In this document: one piece after another, positions 63,621-64,000 of the stretch
Layout: each line of letters starts with the position of its first letter
Position numbering within the stretch: position 1 is the first letter of the stretch
NCBI RefSeq assembly: GCF_026210795.1
Contig: NC_089429.1
Location: forward strand, 3,410,001-3,474,000
DNA length: 64,000 bases
Source: Rhizophagus irregularis
Lineage: Eukaryota
Direction of reading: 5' to 3'
Position numbers and translations under genes: made by a program
Notes under the pieces: generated by a model
Told to the model about the DNA's origin: nothing
What the model saw: only the letters and a program-made list of their open reading frames with translations
The model's database searches: none

Positions 63621-64000
63621 CTAGTTAAGCATTTCCTACCTTCTGAATTTAAGTTTCCATCTAATAGTGCATATATAAGATACTTTTTAGTATAATGAGT
63701 GGTTTGCAGATTAATTATATTAGAATTAATCATTATGTATTTTTTTTGTATATAAACTTTTTAAAAAAAATAATTAATGAACTTTTAGCTAAAATTCTCC
63801 TTTTTTACTAAAACTCAAAAATTGTGCTTTGCAAATTTTTTAGCATCAATTTAATAAGAGCTATAAAAAAATAATCAGACTATCAAATCATATTGAGATA
63901 ATTGCATAGCCTTAATTTTTTAACTTTTTTATTAATTTATTAATCCCAAATAATACTGATATAACTTACATAAGGAGTTGCGTAAAGTTTATATGAAAAA

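Overview
AT-rich eukaryotic DNA made almost entirely of nested transposable elements. It looks like an arbuscular mycorrhizal fungus (Glomeromycota, Rhizophagus-like), but that is inference from composition, intron style and TE families. No ordinary host gene, RNA gene or CRISPR array is evident. Contents: two CACTA/EnSpm-type (Tnp2) elements, each with a divergently oriented accessory gene; a degenerate hAT element; five copies of a tail-less L1-like LINE (RRM ORF1; APE-RT-RNase H ORF2); one poly(A)-tailed LINE of a second family; a Helitron2/Helentron-like element; and about ten non-autonomous elements with readable TIRs and TSDs. Main observations: (1) the tail-less LINE repeatedly sits exactly 16 nt inside a CACTG terminal inverted repeat, and a 10.2-kb LINE-carrying unit (16202-26405) moved as a DNA transposon with a 3-bp TTA target duplication; (2) four non-autonomous elements from three superfamilies (hAT, two CACT-type, Helitron-like) carry tandem micro-exon/intron arrays whose branch points, and in one case 5' splice sites, lie in hairpins; (3) the hAT element carries a Myb/SANT-trihelix plus RS-domain gene; (4) a mitochondrial nad5 fragment lies inside a transposase gene; (5) a LINE 3' transduction.
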